A DNA stretch of 62,828 nucleotides, the filler included, from Chiloscyllium plagiosum (taxonomy: Eukaryota): assembly GCF_004010195.1 (NCBI RefSeq). It is 3 parts of one record of this genome, joined end to end, with 100 filler letters (N's around TTAATTAATTAA, not from the genome) between each part and the next. Parts side by side here need not be neighbours in the genome. Positions count along the whole stretch, not along the records: positions 1 to 28,278 come from NC_057714.1; 2 more parts are not named here. One strand, written 5' to 3'. This document shows positions 12,500 through 25,184 of the stretch, piece by piece (position 1 is the stretch's first letter; each line of letters opens with the position of its first letter). Both the position numbers and the translations under genes were made by a program. Below the pieces are notes generated by a model that ran no database searches, was not told the origin of the DNA, and saw nothing but the letters and a program-made list of their open reading frames with translations.

Positions 12500-14410
12500 T
12501 TAGAAAATAAGGCAGGGCAAATGACTGAAATGTTGGTGGGGGAGCACTTTGGGATTAGTGATTATATTTCTATTAGGTTAAAAATAGCTATGGAAAAGGT
12601 AGGTCTTGTATAAAAGTTAAAGTTCTTAATTGGAGTAAGGCAAATTTTGATGGTATGAGACAGGAACTTTCAAAAGTTGATTGGAGTAGACCAAGGTTCC
12701 CAAAGGTTCTGGCCTTGTGTTTATCTTGCTCTGCACCCTATCCTTGAGTCTTCATGCATATGCGGCAAGGATTTTTAAAATTCAGTCATGGAATGTTTAC
12801 AGGTAAAGGGACAACTGGCAAGTGAAAGATTTTCAAAAGTGAGATAATGAGAGTTCAGAGATTTTATGTTCCGATTAGATGAAGGGGAAGGCTGGTCAGA
12901 GGAGGGAATAATGGATGAATAAAGATATTGAGGCTGTCAAGAATAAGAAGGGGTTATATATTAGGTATAGACACCGGAATGAAGCGAACCTCTTGAAGAG
13001 TATATAGGGTATGGAGCATTCTTAAGAGGGAAATCAGGATGGCTGAAAGGGATATGAGGAGAAAGTAAGGTCTGCAGATGCTGGAGATCAGAGCTGAAAA
13101 TGTGTTGCTGGAACCTCCCACGAGGAGGTTGAACAGTTCATCCACTTCACCAACACCTTCCACCCTGACCTCAAATTCACCTGGACAGTCTCAGATTCCT
13201 CCCTTCCCTTCCTCGACCTTTCTATTTCTATCTCAGGCGACCAAATCAACACAGACATCTACTACAAACCGACCGACTCCCACAACTACCTGGACTACAC
13301 GTCCTCCCATCCTGCCCCCTGTAAAAACGCCATCCCATTCTCCCAATTCCTTCGACCCCGCCGCATCTGCTCCCAGGAGGACCAGTACAAAATACGTACA
13401 ACACAGATGGCCCCCTTCTTCAAGGACCGCAATTTCCCCCCCAACGTGGTCGACGATGCCCTCCACCGCATCTCTCCCACTTCCCGCTCCTCCGCCCTTG
13501 AACCCCGCCCCTCCAACCGCCACCAGGACAGAACCCCACTGATCCTCACCTACCACCCCANNNNNNNNNNNNNNNNNNNNNNNNNNNNNNNNNNNNNNNN
13601 NNNNNNNNNNNNNNNNNNNNAATGCTTATTGTCATATTACAAAGCTGTAACTGGTGGAGTGCCTCAGAAATCACTATGGGATCATCAACGATCAATATCT
13701 GTGTCAAAGATCTGGAGGAAGGGACTGAACACCTCTGGGACACCCGGACGAACCAACCCAACCACCCTGTGGCTCAACATTTCAACTCCCCCTCCCACTC
13801 CACCAAGGATGTGCAGGTCTTTGGGCTCCTCCATCGCCAGACCACAACAACACGATGGTTGGAGGAAGAGCGCCTCATCTTCCGCCTAGGAACCCTCCAA
13901 CCACAAGGCAGGAACGCGGGTTTCACCAGTTTCCTCATTTCCCCTCCCCCCACCTTGTCTCAGTCAAATCCATCGAATTCAGCACCGCCTTCCTAACCTG
14001 CAATCTTCTTCCTGACCTCTCCGCCCCCACCCCAGTCTGACCTATCACCCTCACCTTGACCTCTTTCCTCCTATCGCATTTACGACGCCCCTCCCCCAAG
14101 TCCCTCCTCCCTACCTTTTATCTTAGCCTGCTGGACAAACTTTCCTCATTCCTGAAGAAGGGCTTATGCCCGAAACGTCGATTCTCCTGTTCCCTGGATG
14201 CTGCCTGACCTGAAAGGGATATGAGATAGCCTTGGCAGATGATGTCATCTATTTGTGGAATCACAAGAGATAGGCGAGATACTAATGAATATTTCATGTC
14301 AATATTTACCATGGAGAGGGACGTGGATGCTCAGGTACTCGGGGGAATAAATAGTGATGTCTTGCAGAGAGTGCACATTACAAAAGAGGTGCTAGAGGTT
14401 TAAAACATAT
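12500..14410 (+). mobile_element. Old CR1 ORF2 (APE-RT linker) fragment split by a PLE
   Basis: Similar to 45630-46330 of the long CR1 copy. Confidence 0.7.
13059..14209 (+). mobile_element. Penelope-like element: RT C-terminus and GIY-YIG region, hammerhead tail, inverted terminal piece
   Basis: Reads PFLDL..TDIYYKPTDSHNYL..AIPFSQFL and PVAQHFN..LIFRLGTLQP. Hammerhead motif at 14152-14179. 16-bp TSD ctgaaagggatatgag at 13043-13058 and 14210-14225. Confidence 0.88.
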
Positions 14411-14801
14411 AATCGAGACACGGCAAAGGATGAAGGTGGTTTTCATGTAGAAGGAACGACAAGTGGAGGCGGTGGATGCAGGTAGAGTTCCAACATTTTC
14501 TTCTATTTATTCACACGATGAGGGTGTCACTGCCTAGGCAGCATTTATTGCCCATCCCTACTTGCCTAGAGGGCAGTTAAGAATCAGCCACATCACTGTC
14601 GATCTGGAGTCACATGTAGGCCAAAACAGGTTAGGATAGCAGCTTCCTTCCCTAAAGGGCAGGCGTGAATCTGATGGGGTTTTTCAACAACTGGCATTGG
14701 ATTCATGGTTGAAATATGGGGTGCTGGAAAAACACAGCAGGCCGGACAGCATCCGAGGAGCCCTTCTTCAGGAATCATGGTGACCATTATACTCTTGTCA
14801 T

Positions 14802-15135
14802 GGGGCAGTTTGGTGGCTCAGTGGTTAGCACTACTGCCTCACAGTGCCAGGGTTCAATTCCAGCTTCGGGCGACTGTCTGTGTTAAGTTTGCACATTCTC
14901 CCAGTGTCTGTGTGGGTTTTCTCTGGGTGTTCTGGCTTCCTCCCACATTCACAAAGATGTGCAGGTTAGGTGAATTGGCCATGCTAAATTGCCCATAGTG
15001 GTCGGGGATCTGTAGGCTACGTGCATTAGTCAGGGGTAAATATAGGGTAGGGGAATGGGTCTGGATGGGTTACTTTTTGGAAGGTTGGTGTGGACTTGTT
15101 GAGCGGAAGGGCCTGTATCCACACTAGGGATTCTA
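14802..15135 (+). mobile_element. tRNA-derived SINE
   Basis: Head tggtggctcagtggttagcactactgcctcacag and shared body. Confidence 0.82.
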
Positions 15136-16520
15136 CCTCTAATTAACTTTGATTTTTAAATTTTAATTCAAATTACAGCATCTGCCATGGGTCAAACCTG
15201 GGTCCTGAGAATATTTTCTGAGTCTCTGGATTAACATTTCAGCAATAGGCCACTGTCTCCTCAATATTTAAAAGACATTTGAATTGGTACATACATAGGA
15301 AAGGTTTTGAGGGATATAAATGCAGATGAGTGGGGATAGTTTAGTTTGGAAAACTTGGTCAACATGGATTAGTTGGACCATAAGACCATCAGACATAGGG
15401 GCAGAAATTAGGCCATTGAGCCCATTGAGTCTGATCTGCCATTCAATCATGGCTGTTAAATTTATCAAACTCATTTACCCGTTTTCTCCCCATAAATCTT
15501 GATCCCTTGACTATCAAGAATCTAATCATCTCTGCCTTAAATACACTCAATGACCTGGTCTCCACAGCCCTCTGTGGCAATGAATTGGCTGAAAACATTT
15601 CTCCTCGTCTCCATTCTAAAGGGTCTTTCCTGTACTCTAAGGCTGCCCCCTTGGGTCCTAGCCTCCCTTGCCAATGGAAACATCTTCCAGAAGTCCACTC
15701 TGTCCAGGCTATTCAGTATTCTGTAAGCTTCAATAAGATCCCCCTCATCCTTTGAAACAGTATTGTGTCTAACAGTTGGGAGGTCATGTTGCAGCTGTCA
15801 GAGAATGTTGTGAAACTTGAAAGGGCTCAGAAAAGATTTACAAGGATGTTACCAGAGTTGGTGGATTTGAGCTATAGAGAGAGGCCGAATAGGCTGGTGC
15901 TGTTTTCCCTGGAGCATCAAAGGCTGAGGGGTGACCTTATAAACGTGAGAGGTTTATAAAATCATGAGGAGCATAGATAGGATAAATAGGCAAGGTCATT
16001 TCCCTGGAATTGGGAGTCTAGAACTAGAAGGCATAGGTTTTTGGTGAGAGGGGAAAGATATAAGGGAAAACAGAGAGTAGTGAATATATGGAATGGGCTG
16101 CCAGAGGAAATGATTGAGGCTGGTGCAAAAGCAGTATTTAAAAGACATCTGGATGGTATTGGAATAGGAAGGATTTGGAGGGATATGGGCCCAGTGCTAG
16201 CAAATGGGACTAGATTAGATTGGGATATCTGGTCAGAATGAAAGAGTTGGACCAAAGGTCTGTTTCCATGCTATATATCTCTGTGACTATGATTATATAC
16301 CCAGAATCCTTAAACATTATTCACATATTAAGCCTTTCATTCCTGGGATCATATTCATGAACCTCTGGACCCGCTCCAGGGCTATTATATCCTTCCTGAG
16401 GTATCGGATCCAAAATTGCTCAAAATACTCTAAATGTGGTCTGACCACTGCTTTATAAAACCTCAGGAGTACATCCCTGCTTTTAAATCTAGTCCGCTCA
16501 AAATAAATGCGAACATTGTA

Positions 16521-16870
16521 CAGGTAGACAACCCTTTATCTAAAATCCTGAAATCCAAAAAGCTCCAAAATCTGAAGGTTTTTTTTGTGAAATTTTTATC
16601 TCATTAACAAGATTGTTTGGCATGCAAACAGTTAACCCAACTCCACACTCACTCGATGCATGTCACTCAGATGCAACGTGGGGGTGTGTGGCCCAGCACT
16701 GGCAGGCCTCAATTCTGTCTCAGGGCCCGTAGTACTCACTGTGATTCTGCTGTTGAGTAAGATTTGTTAAAATTTCACCATTGAACTGGCACTTATTCTG
16801 AAATTCGAAAAATTCTGAATTCCGTAAACCAGCTGGTCCTGAGCATTTCGGATAAAGGATTGTGTACTTG
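16521..16870. mobile_element. Tc1/mariner-pogo type MITE
   Basis: TIRs caggtagacaaccctttatc and gataaaggattgtgtacttg. TA on both sides, and the host CR1 rejoins across it. Confidence 0.8.
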
Positions 16871-16891
16871 TATTTGCCTTCCTAACTATGG

Positions 16892-17082
16892 CTGAAAATG
16901 TGTTGCTGGAAAAGCGCAGCAGGTCAGGCAGCATCCAGGGAACAGGAGAATCGACGTTTCGGTCATAAGCCCTTCCTGAAGAACGTCGATTCTCCTGTTC
17001 CCTGGATGCTGTCTGACCTGCTGCACTTTTCCAGCAACACATTTTCAGCTCTGATCTCCAGCATCTGCAGACCTCACTTTCT
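16892..17082. mobile_element. Short fold-back PLE tail element
   Basis: Near-perfect inverted arms. 15-bp TSD ccttcctaactatgg at 16877-16891 and 17083-17097. Confidence 0.85.
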
Positions 17083-18894
17083 CCTTCCTAACTATGGAAC
17101 TCAACTTGCAAATTTACCTTAGGTTAATCCTGGACTAGGACTTCCCAAGTCCCTTTGTATTTCAGATTTCTGAATTTTCTCCCTATTTACAAAATAGCCT
17201 ACGCCTCTATTCTTATTACCAAAGCGCATGACCTCACACTTTCCCACATTGTATCCATCTACCACTTCTTTGCCCATCTCCTAACCTGTCCAAATCCTTC
17301 TGCGGTTTCCCTGCCTCCTCAATACTACCTGTCCCTCCAACTATCTTTGCATCATCTGCAAACTTAGCCAGAATGCCCTTTCATACAGATCATTAACGTA
17401 AAAGTTGTGGTCCAAACATTGACCCTTACAGAATACCATTCTCAGGAATTTTAACCCCGCCTTTTACCAGATAGCCAATGTTCTATCCATGCTAGTATGT
17501 TGCTTCTAACACCAAGGGCTCTTATCTTACACAGCAGCCTCCCATGCGGCACCTTGTCAAAGGCCTTCTGGAAGTTCAAGAAGATATCACCCATTGGCTC
17601 TCCTTGGTCTAACCTGCTTGTTACCTCCTCAAAGAATTCTAACAGATTTGTGAGGCATGATCTCCCCTTGATGAAACAATGCTGACTTTGCCCAACTTTA
17701 CCATGCACTTCCAAGTATTCAGAAATTTCATCCTTCACAATGGATTCCAAAATCAGGATATCCAGTCAGCATAGACAGGTTGGACCGAAGGGTCTGTTTC
17801 CATGCTGTACATCTCTATGACTTTAAGTGAGGTCAGGCTAATTGGCCTGCAATTTCCCACCTTTTGCCTTACTACCTTCTTAAACAGGGGGATTACATTA
17901 GTGATTTTCCAGCTCTCCAGGACCCTCCCAGACTACAGTGATTCCTGAAAGATCACCACTTAAACGCCTCCACCGTCTTTTCAGCTATCTCCTTCAGAAC
18001 TCTGGGGTGTGCTCCATCTGGTCCAGGTCATTTATCCACCTTTGGACCATTTTTCTAGCAACTTCTCCTTGGTGATGGCTACTATACTCACCGCTGCTTC
18101 CCCTCCAACCCCCCGAATGTCTTGGGAAATTTTTGGGCTATTACTTGTGTCTTCCACCATGAAGCTACTGCAAAGTACTTATTCAGTTCCTCCGCTATTT
18201 CTTTGTTCCCCATTGCTACTTCTCCAGCGTCATTTTCTAGTGGCCAATGTCCATTTTTGCCTCTCTTTTGCCCTTTATATATCTAAGGAAACTCATGTAA
18301 TCTTCTGTTATATTACCGGCTAGCTTAACCTTCTATTTAATCTTCTCCCTCTTTACTTCTTTTCTCGTTGTCCTCTGTTGGACTTTGTAGGCTTTCCAAT
18401 CCTCTGACATCCCACTGCCCTTCACCATATTATATACTTTCTCTTTTGCTTTTATGCTATCCCTGACTTCCCTAGTAAGCCATGATTGCCTCATCTTCCC
18501 TCGTGAATGCTTCTTTTTTTAGGAATGTGTTTTTGCCATGTCTCTAGAATTACTCCCAGAAACTTCTGCCATTGCTGTTACAGTTTTTCCTGCTACCTTC
18601 CTCCCCCGGTCAATTCTGGTCAGCTCCTACCTCATGCTTTCATAATTGCCTTTATTCAACTATGATACTGTTACACCTGATTCCACTTTATCCCTCTCTG
18701 ACACTACCTCCCCAAATTTGCAACCTTGATGTCTCATTTGTTGAGCTTCTAAACCCATCTGCTGCAGAATCTCTCATCCATAACTTTATTAACAAGTCGC
18801 AAGGTTCCAATGTAGTTCTGGTAGAAAGGGGACGTTTGCAGCGAGTGGTGAAGGAATTAGTAAGTGGAACATATCACATCCTTGTTTCACAAAC

Positions 18895-19160
18895 ATTCAG
18901 AGGGCAGTTGAGAGTAGGTCTGGAGTCACATGGTAGCCAGACAAGGGAAGGACGGCAAATTTCCTTCACTGAAGGACATTAATGTGCCACATGAATTTCT
19001 CCTGACAATTAGCAATGGTTCTACTGTCATCAGGAGATTCTTAATTCCAAATTTTTGGAATTAATTGAATGCAATTGATGGGATTTGAACACTTGTCCTC
19101 TAAACATTAGCTGAGCTTCTGGATTAATAATCTCATGATAATATCACAAGGCCATCACTT
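18895..19160 (-). mobile_element. SINE-like element of a second family (also at about 5590-5744/12356-12500 and 14510-14705/15140-15260)
   Basis: Three copies share a core of the form gagggcagtt.agag...tggagtcacatg...ttccttc and a tRNA-like end gggatttgaac. Confidence 0.6.
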
Positions 19161-19210
19161 CCACTGTTTCAATTGCTCATCCCAAATGCCAACTCACCTG
19201 TTGTTTCCAG

Positions 19211-20273
19211 AAGTTTCTTCTTTCATTCCACAATTTAGTGAGGTGTATGTTCGTGAGCAATTTGTTTTGCACACTAGAATATCCAGTCTTTTACCCTTGC
19301 AGGATGAAAATTGTGCACGTCATATTTTGGAGAAGAATAAAGCTCTTCAGTCTGAACAACTGTTGTGAACGTGTTTCTTCCAATCTCCAGCTATCTCTTT
19401 GACTCACCAGAGACTAATTTTCTCTTACTTATCAATCATTGCTCAGTCACTCTAAACATAAAGCAGAGTTCGCATTCCAAGAGATAGATGACATTGAGAA
19501 TCATTGTACATGATGATGTTGAGAGAGAAAATTTCAGGTTGTCAGGTGTATGTTGATTTTAATGAATATAGAGGGTCTTTTAAGATATAGCTTTAAGCTA
19601 AGAAATTCCTTTGAGTGTTGGAGCTGACCACAAAAGAAAAAAAGCAGGAGGGGCATTTCGCAGTAAGCTCATAGTTTGTAGGTCCGCTTTTTTGGACTAT
19701 CAAGATAGTAAAGGATGATCTCAGAAGTCTGAAGGTTAGATAAGAAAAGAAGAACTGGACAAAATAACAGGAAGGCTGTAACGAACAAGGACAGACAAAT
19801 AAAGCAGATTTAAAGAAAAACAAGTGAGGTAATTAATAATTATGATAGGCTTAGGCTTGGGTGCAGGGAATTACCAAGTGAAGGAAAAACAGGCGCAAGT
19901 AATAATCAAATAAGGGGATAGAATGAAATAGACACTTATGTTAGGTTTACTGCTCAGTGTAGGGGTGTCGAGAGACCTCTCAAAAGTATAAAAAGTTCTG
20001 TATTTTACTGTTGGGTGTGTCTCTCCTCGTAGAGCCACCCATCATTAAAGATGTTCAAATAAATATGCTGCTTCGGAACTCTTTGACTCGGACTGAAAAT
20101 CATTGATTAAGTGAGGTTCGTTTCTCACAATGTGATTTCTTCAACAGGATCCCTGATGAGTGATTTTCATCAGTGATGGCCAATTAGCTTACCAGACATT
20201 GAGCATCATGAAATGTTGGAGTGGGAGAAGGATTCCTTAAGATTCTGTTCTTTTGTTTATCCATAAATCAAAG
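19211..20273 (+). pseudogene. Dicer-like remnant: platform/PAZ exon, split by a solo LTR at 19520-20129
   Basis: Acceptor tgtttccAG ends at 19210. Translation gives VSSF..FSEVYV and RHILEKNKALQ (DICER1 IPHF..SGEVTI, SHILRLEKPALE), SRVRIP at 19462-19479 (ARIGIP), HDDVI across the LTR junction (YQDAVI) and AYQT(F)EH at 20187 (EYETFAE). Donor aag|GTagac at 20274. Confidence 0.7.
19520..20129 (+). mobile_element. Solo LTR, 610 bp, ERV class I-like
   Basis: Termini TGagagagaaa and tttctcaCA. 4-bp TSD ATGT at 19516-19519 and 20130-20133. TATAAAAA near 19987 and AATAAA near 20058. Confidence 0.8.
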
Positions 20274-20563
20274 GTAGACTTTTATTCATGAACTTTAATG
20301 TTCCGTTTCAGAAATGGATATTAAAATAAGACTTGAGTACATTAAAATCCACTCATCATTTGTATTTCTGATATTCTAAAGTAATTAAGCTAATTTTGAA
20401 TAATATTATTATGTAAAGGTTTAAGAAAACTCGTGTTGCATTTCAACTCAGTCCATAAATTGTCATTTTATATTTTTAACCTTTGTCACAATAAGTATAA
20501 AATGTTCCTTCAGAAGAGCATTAGTTGGGGATAGTTACATTAGTGAGAAAGACCCTGAGGTGG

Positions 20564-21338
20564 TTGTGGTGATTGTAACAAGGTCAGGGAGAAAGTGAGG
20601 ACTGCGGATGCTGGAGGTCAGAGTTGAAGAGTGTGGCTGATGCTCCTGGGTCTGGCCAAACTGACCATAAACAGGTCCAGGCAGCGGGCTGTCCCTCTTC
20701 CACGGTTACGTTAGAGCCCGGGTGTCTCCGGAGAAGGAGCACGCGGTGTCCACTGACACCCGGGAGTTGTTCAGGGAGAGGTGGGCGCCGCAGGGAGTGG
20801 AGTGCATTATTTTACCGTCCAAATCTATTTTGATTTAGTCCCTGCCCTCCCCTTCACTTTGATCACGCAGCATTGCCCTTTAATGTGAAGGGCACTGCTT
20901 GTCACTGGCCACTTGGGTGTTTCTTTCCTTCCTGGTGATGGAAACTGAGTTAAGATTTGTACACCTTGTGTCTTTCACTGTGTCTCACACCTGTGCACAC
21001 ACAACAGGGGAGGTGGGGGAAAAGAAAATAAACAAGAGTGTCAGGGTTTCTGTTCACTCTGAGAGCTGGCTCTGGGGGAGCTGGATCAGTGTCCAGGAGT
21101 GAAAGGACTCTGCTGTTTTCCTTGCATTAAAAGAGGAGAGGAGACTGATTCTGTGTCGTCACATTAAGGAGGAGTTTATTTTGAAGTTCTTTTTTTCCCT
21201 GAGATTGTAAAAAAACAGGAGTGTCAGATGTTCTGTTCACTGGGAGTTGCTCTGAGCTAGCCGGACAGGACTCTTGCTGTGTATGTGTGAATGAAGGGTG
21301 GCTCGATGATGGGACACTGGCCTCTGGAGTTATTTCTA
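20564..21338 (+). mobile_element. Gypsy-type LTR disrupted by PLE and Tx1 insertions, with its 3' half present twice
   Basis: Start tgtggtgattgtaacaaggtcag. The 3' halves at 21029-21100 and 21213-21338 are homologous to the LTR pieces at 40714-40810 and 42685-42790. Confidence 0.65.
20640..21028 (+). mobile_element. Tx1-clade LINE 3' end (ORF2 C-terminus, 3' UTR, A-rich tail)
   Basis: Reads LLGLAKLTINRSRQRAV..GYVRARVS.EKEHAVSTDT.ELFRERWAPQGVEC, stop at 20836-20838. The 3' UTR matches 40515-40620 and 42600-42670. Confidence 0.8.
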
Positions 21339-22299
21339 AGGTGTTAATCTGAAGGAAAATCTCAAAAAAGGGCAGGTTCAGGTATTATACTGGGGGAAGT
21401 TGCTGATTAGAAAGTACTTAACTGAAATTAGGATTCACATTAACCTGGAGGTGATAAAAGGAAGGAATAATTAACCTGTAAACATTGAAAAGGCTGAAGG
21501 ATAGATTAGAGCACTGAGACTAAGTGGGATGGGGGCGAGGGTGGAGCAGAAGTTGAGTGAGTAAGGTTCCTGACATTGAGAAGCCCCATGTAAAACTAGA
21601 AGTGAGAAAGTGAACTCTGAAGTGGGAGACAGGCCATGACTGAGTGCACAAAATCTGAGTAAGATCACATGAGATTTGAAATGGAAATTAAAAAGAAAAG
21701 GATGGGTTTGTGACGATTCAGTGGTTCAGCTGCATTAATATGGTCAGTAGGGAATGGTTGTGGTCTCCAGGATTTGATGTGACCACAAACATTAGTTTGT
21801 GAGACAAGTAGCAGATAGAATTTATTACGGGTGAAGTGAGGTATTGTGTAATGGAATAAAAGACAGGAGGACTGTAGTGGTAGTGTTCCACCTGTGAGCC
21901 AAGAGGCCTGCGTTTATGTCCCTCCTGCTCCATAGGTGTATCCTGAGATCTCTGAATGGGACGATTAGAAAATCCCTGGGAGAAGGGATGAGGAGAGGTA
22001 ATGTATGCTTCATGGTATTGGGAATGCATAAAATTGTGAATTTTCAGAAAAGTGATATGAGCATTACTGAATTGCAAAGGGTTAATCCTGTCACTTTTGA
22101 GAGTTGTAAGGTGAAAAGTTTAGAAGTAGCCATGATGTATTGGCTGTTTACAAAAAAGCAAGTGAGTGTAGAAAGTAGCATTAACATGGTTTTTGAGGTA
22201 AAGATTGGAGTGTTATTGTTTTAATTATTGTGCAAACCGAAATGGAACCCAAATGCTTGTGCTTGCTATTATCCTCCAGACTGAGGTAATGGGTCTTTT

Positions 22300-25170
22300 T
22301 TGGCCGACATCTTTCTCAACCTTTTCCTATTTACATACCTGTTCTAATGTCTTGTAACTGTACCTATCACTTCCTCTGATAATTCATTCCATAATTGCAC
22401 TGCCTTCTAGAAAACGTTGTCCCTCGGGTCCCTTTTAAATATTTCTCCCCTCACGTTAAGCCCATGCCGTCTTGTTTTGAAGTCTTCCATGCTATGGAAA
22501 AGACCTTTGCTATTCACCTTATCGATGTCCCTCATGGCTTTATAAACTTCTCAACCTCTTATGCTCCAGTGAAAAAATGTTCCAGCCTATCCAGTCTCTC
22601 GCTATAGCTCAAACCCTCTCGTCTGCAACATCCTTGTGAATCTTCTCTGAGCCACTTCTAATTTAATATCCTTCCTATAGCAGGGGATTTAAAACTGTAC
22701 AAAATACTCCATGTAGCCTCACCAACAACTTGTACAACCTTAACATGATATCCCAACTCCTATACTCAAAGGCCTGAGCAATGAAGCAATGATAAATGTC
22801 ATCTTAACCAACCTGTCTCCCTTTAACACAACTTTCAAAGAACTATGTCTTGAACCCCTGGTTGTCTCCATTTGACAATGCTGACAATTCTTTCCCGCCG
22901 TACCGACCAGTATTCTTTCCCGCCGTACCGACCAGTACCCTTCCACAGACACCCTCCTTCGACTGACTGAACTGGTCCTCACCCTGAACAACTTCTCTTT
23001 CCAATCTTCCCACTTCCTCCAAACGAAAGGAGTAGCCATGGGCACCCGCATGGGCCCCAGCTATGCCTGCCTCTTCGTAGGATAGGTGGAACAGTCCATC
23101 TTCCGCAACTACACTGGCCCCACCCCCCACCTTTTCCTCCACTACATCGATGACTGTATCGGCGCNNNNNNNNNNNNNNNNNNNNNNNNNNNNNNNNNNN
23201 NNNNNNNNNNNNNNNNNNNNNNNNNNNNNNNNNNNNNNNNNNNNNNNNNNNNNNNNNNNNNNNNNNNNNNNNNNNNNNNNNNNNNNNNNNNNNNNNNNNN
23301 NNNNNNNNNNNNNNNNNNNNNNNNNNNNNNNNNNNNNNNNNNNNNNNNNNNNNNNNNNNNNNNNNNNNNNNNNNNNNNNNNNNNNNNNNNNNNNNNNNNN
23401 NNNNNNNNNNNNNNNNNNNNNNNNNNNNNNNNNNNNNNNNNNNNNNNNNNNNNNNNNNNNNNNNNNNNNNNNNNNNNNNNNNNNNNNNNNNNNNNNNNNN
23501 NNNNNNNNNNNNNNNNNNNNNNNNNNNNNNNNNNNNNNNNNNNNNNNNNNNNNNNNNNNNNNNNNNNNNNNNNNNNNNNNNNNNNNNNNNNNNNNNNNNN
23601 NNNNNNNNNNNNNNNNNNNNNNNNNNNNNNNNNNNNNNNNNNNNNNNNNNNNNNNNNNNNNNNNNNNNNNNNNNNNNNNNNNNNNNNNNNNNNNNNNNNN
23701 NNNNNNNNNNNNNNNNNNNNNNNNNNNNNNNNNNNNNNNNNNNNNNNNNNNNNNNNNNNNNNNNNNNNNNNNNNNNNNNNNNNNNNNNNNNNNNNNNNNN
23801 NNNNNNNNNNNNNNNNNNNNNNNNNNNNNNNNNNNNNNNNNNNNNNNNNNNNNNNNNNNNNNNNNNNNNNNNNNNNNNNNNNNNNNNNNNNNNNNNNNNN
23901 NNNNNNNNNNNNNNNNNNNNNNNNNNNNNNNNNNNNNNNNNNNNNNNNNNNNNNNNNNNNNNNNNNNNNNNNNNNNNNNNNNNNNNNNNNNNNNNAGGGA
24001 ACAGGAGAATCGACGTTTCGGGCATTAGCCCTTCTTCAGGAATGAGGAAAGTTGGTCCAGCAGGCTAAGATAAAAGATAGGGAATATGGAATATCTTAGC
24101 CTGCTGGACCAACTTTCCTCATTCCTGAAGAAGGGCTAATGCCCGAAACGTCGATTCTCCTGTTCCCTAGATGCTGCCTGACCTGCTGTGCTTTTCCAGC
24201 AACACATTTCCATCTCTGATCTCCAGCATCTGCAGACCTCACTTTCTCCACAATGCTACCAGGGCCCTACCATAACTTGTCTGCTATAGATCCTGCCCTT
24301 GTTTGCTATATCAAAATGCAACATCTCACATTTATCCAAATTAAAGTCCATTTGCCATTTCTCAGCTCAATGGCCCATTTGCTAAAGATCCCTCTGTAAT
24401 CTTTGATGATCTTCACTGTCAACAGTACCATCTGCAAATTTATTAACCATTCCTCCTAAATTCTCATCCAAATGTTTTGTATAAATGATAAAACAAACAG
24501 TGGACCCATCATCAATCCCTGCAGAACACCATGGCACAGGCTTCTAGTCTGAAAAACAGCCCTTCCTCACCACCCTCTATCTCCTACTATTGAGCTAATT
24601 TTGTGTCCAATCTACAGGCTTTCCCTGACTCCTATGTGATCTGACTTTACTATTCAGTCTACCACGTGGATCCTTGTAAAAGACTATACAGAAGTCCATG
24701 TAGACAGCATCAATCATCCTGCCCTCAGTCTTTTTGATTACATCCTCAAAAAAGCTCAGTCAAGTTTGAGAGACTATTTCCCACACACAAAGCCATGCTA
24801 ACTATCCCTAATTAGTCCTTGCCTCTCCAAATGAGAATCCAATATCTCAGAATCTACCGCAACAAATTACCTACAGCTCATTGTCAGGCTGACCAGTCTA
24901 TAGTTCCCAGTCTGCTTCAAAAAGCCTTTCTTAAATAAAGGCACAACATTAGCCATCTTCTAGTCCTCCAGCAACTCATTTGTAGCTTTAGATGATACAA
25001 ATATCACTGCTAGGAGTCCCACAATTTATTTCCTAGTTTCCCACAATGTTCTGGAATACACTTGGTCAGGTTCCAGAGATTTGTTCACTTCTGTGAGTTT
25101 TAAGACTTCTAGCACCACCTCTTCTGGAATGTGGACTGTTTTTAAAACATTAGTATTTATTTCCCAAAAA
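22300..25170 (-). mobile_element. Old CR1 LINE split by a PLE
   Basis: Reverse complement of CR1 RT and 3' end. Rejoins across the acaatgct duplication. Confidence 0.8.
22883..24249 (+). mobile_element. PLE: RT fragment, assembly gap, fold-back hammerhead tail
   Basis: Reads LTLNNFSF..QTKGVAMGTRMGPSYACLFVG..YIDD. Inverted arms at 23996-24072 and 24092-24167. TSD acaatgct. Confidence 0.85.
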
Positions 25171-25184
25171 GTCTCCTCGCCTCT

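Larger units (their letters stand above)
15378..18700 (-). mobile_element. CR1 LINE with nested CR1 (+, 15760-16290), MITE and PLE
   Basis: ORF 17451-17750 contains GRSCLTNLLEFFEEVT and FQKAFDKVPH. 3' UTR at 15378-15460. Confidence 0.85.

Noticed and set aside
22979..24045. ORFs of about 290-350 aa
   Set aside because: Artefacts of translating through N gaps.
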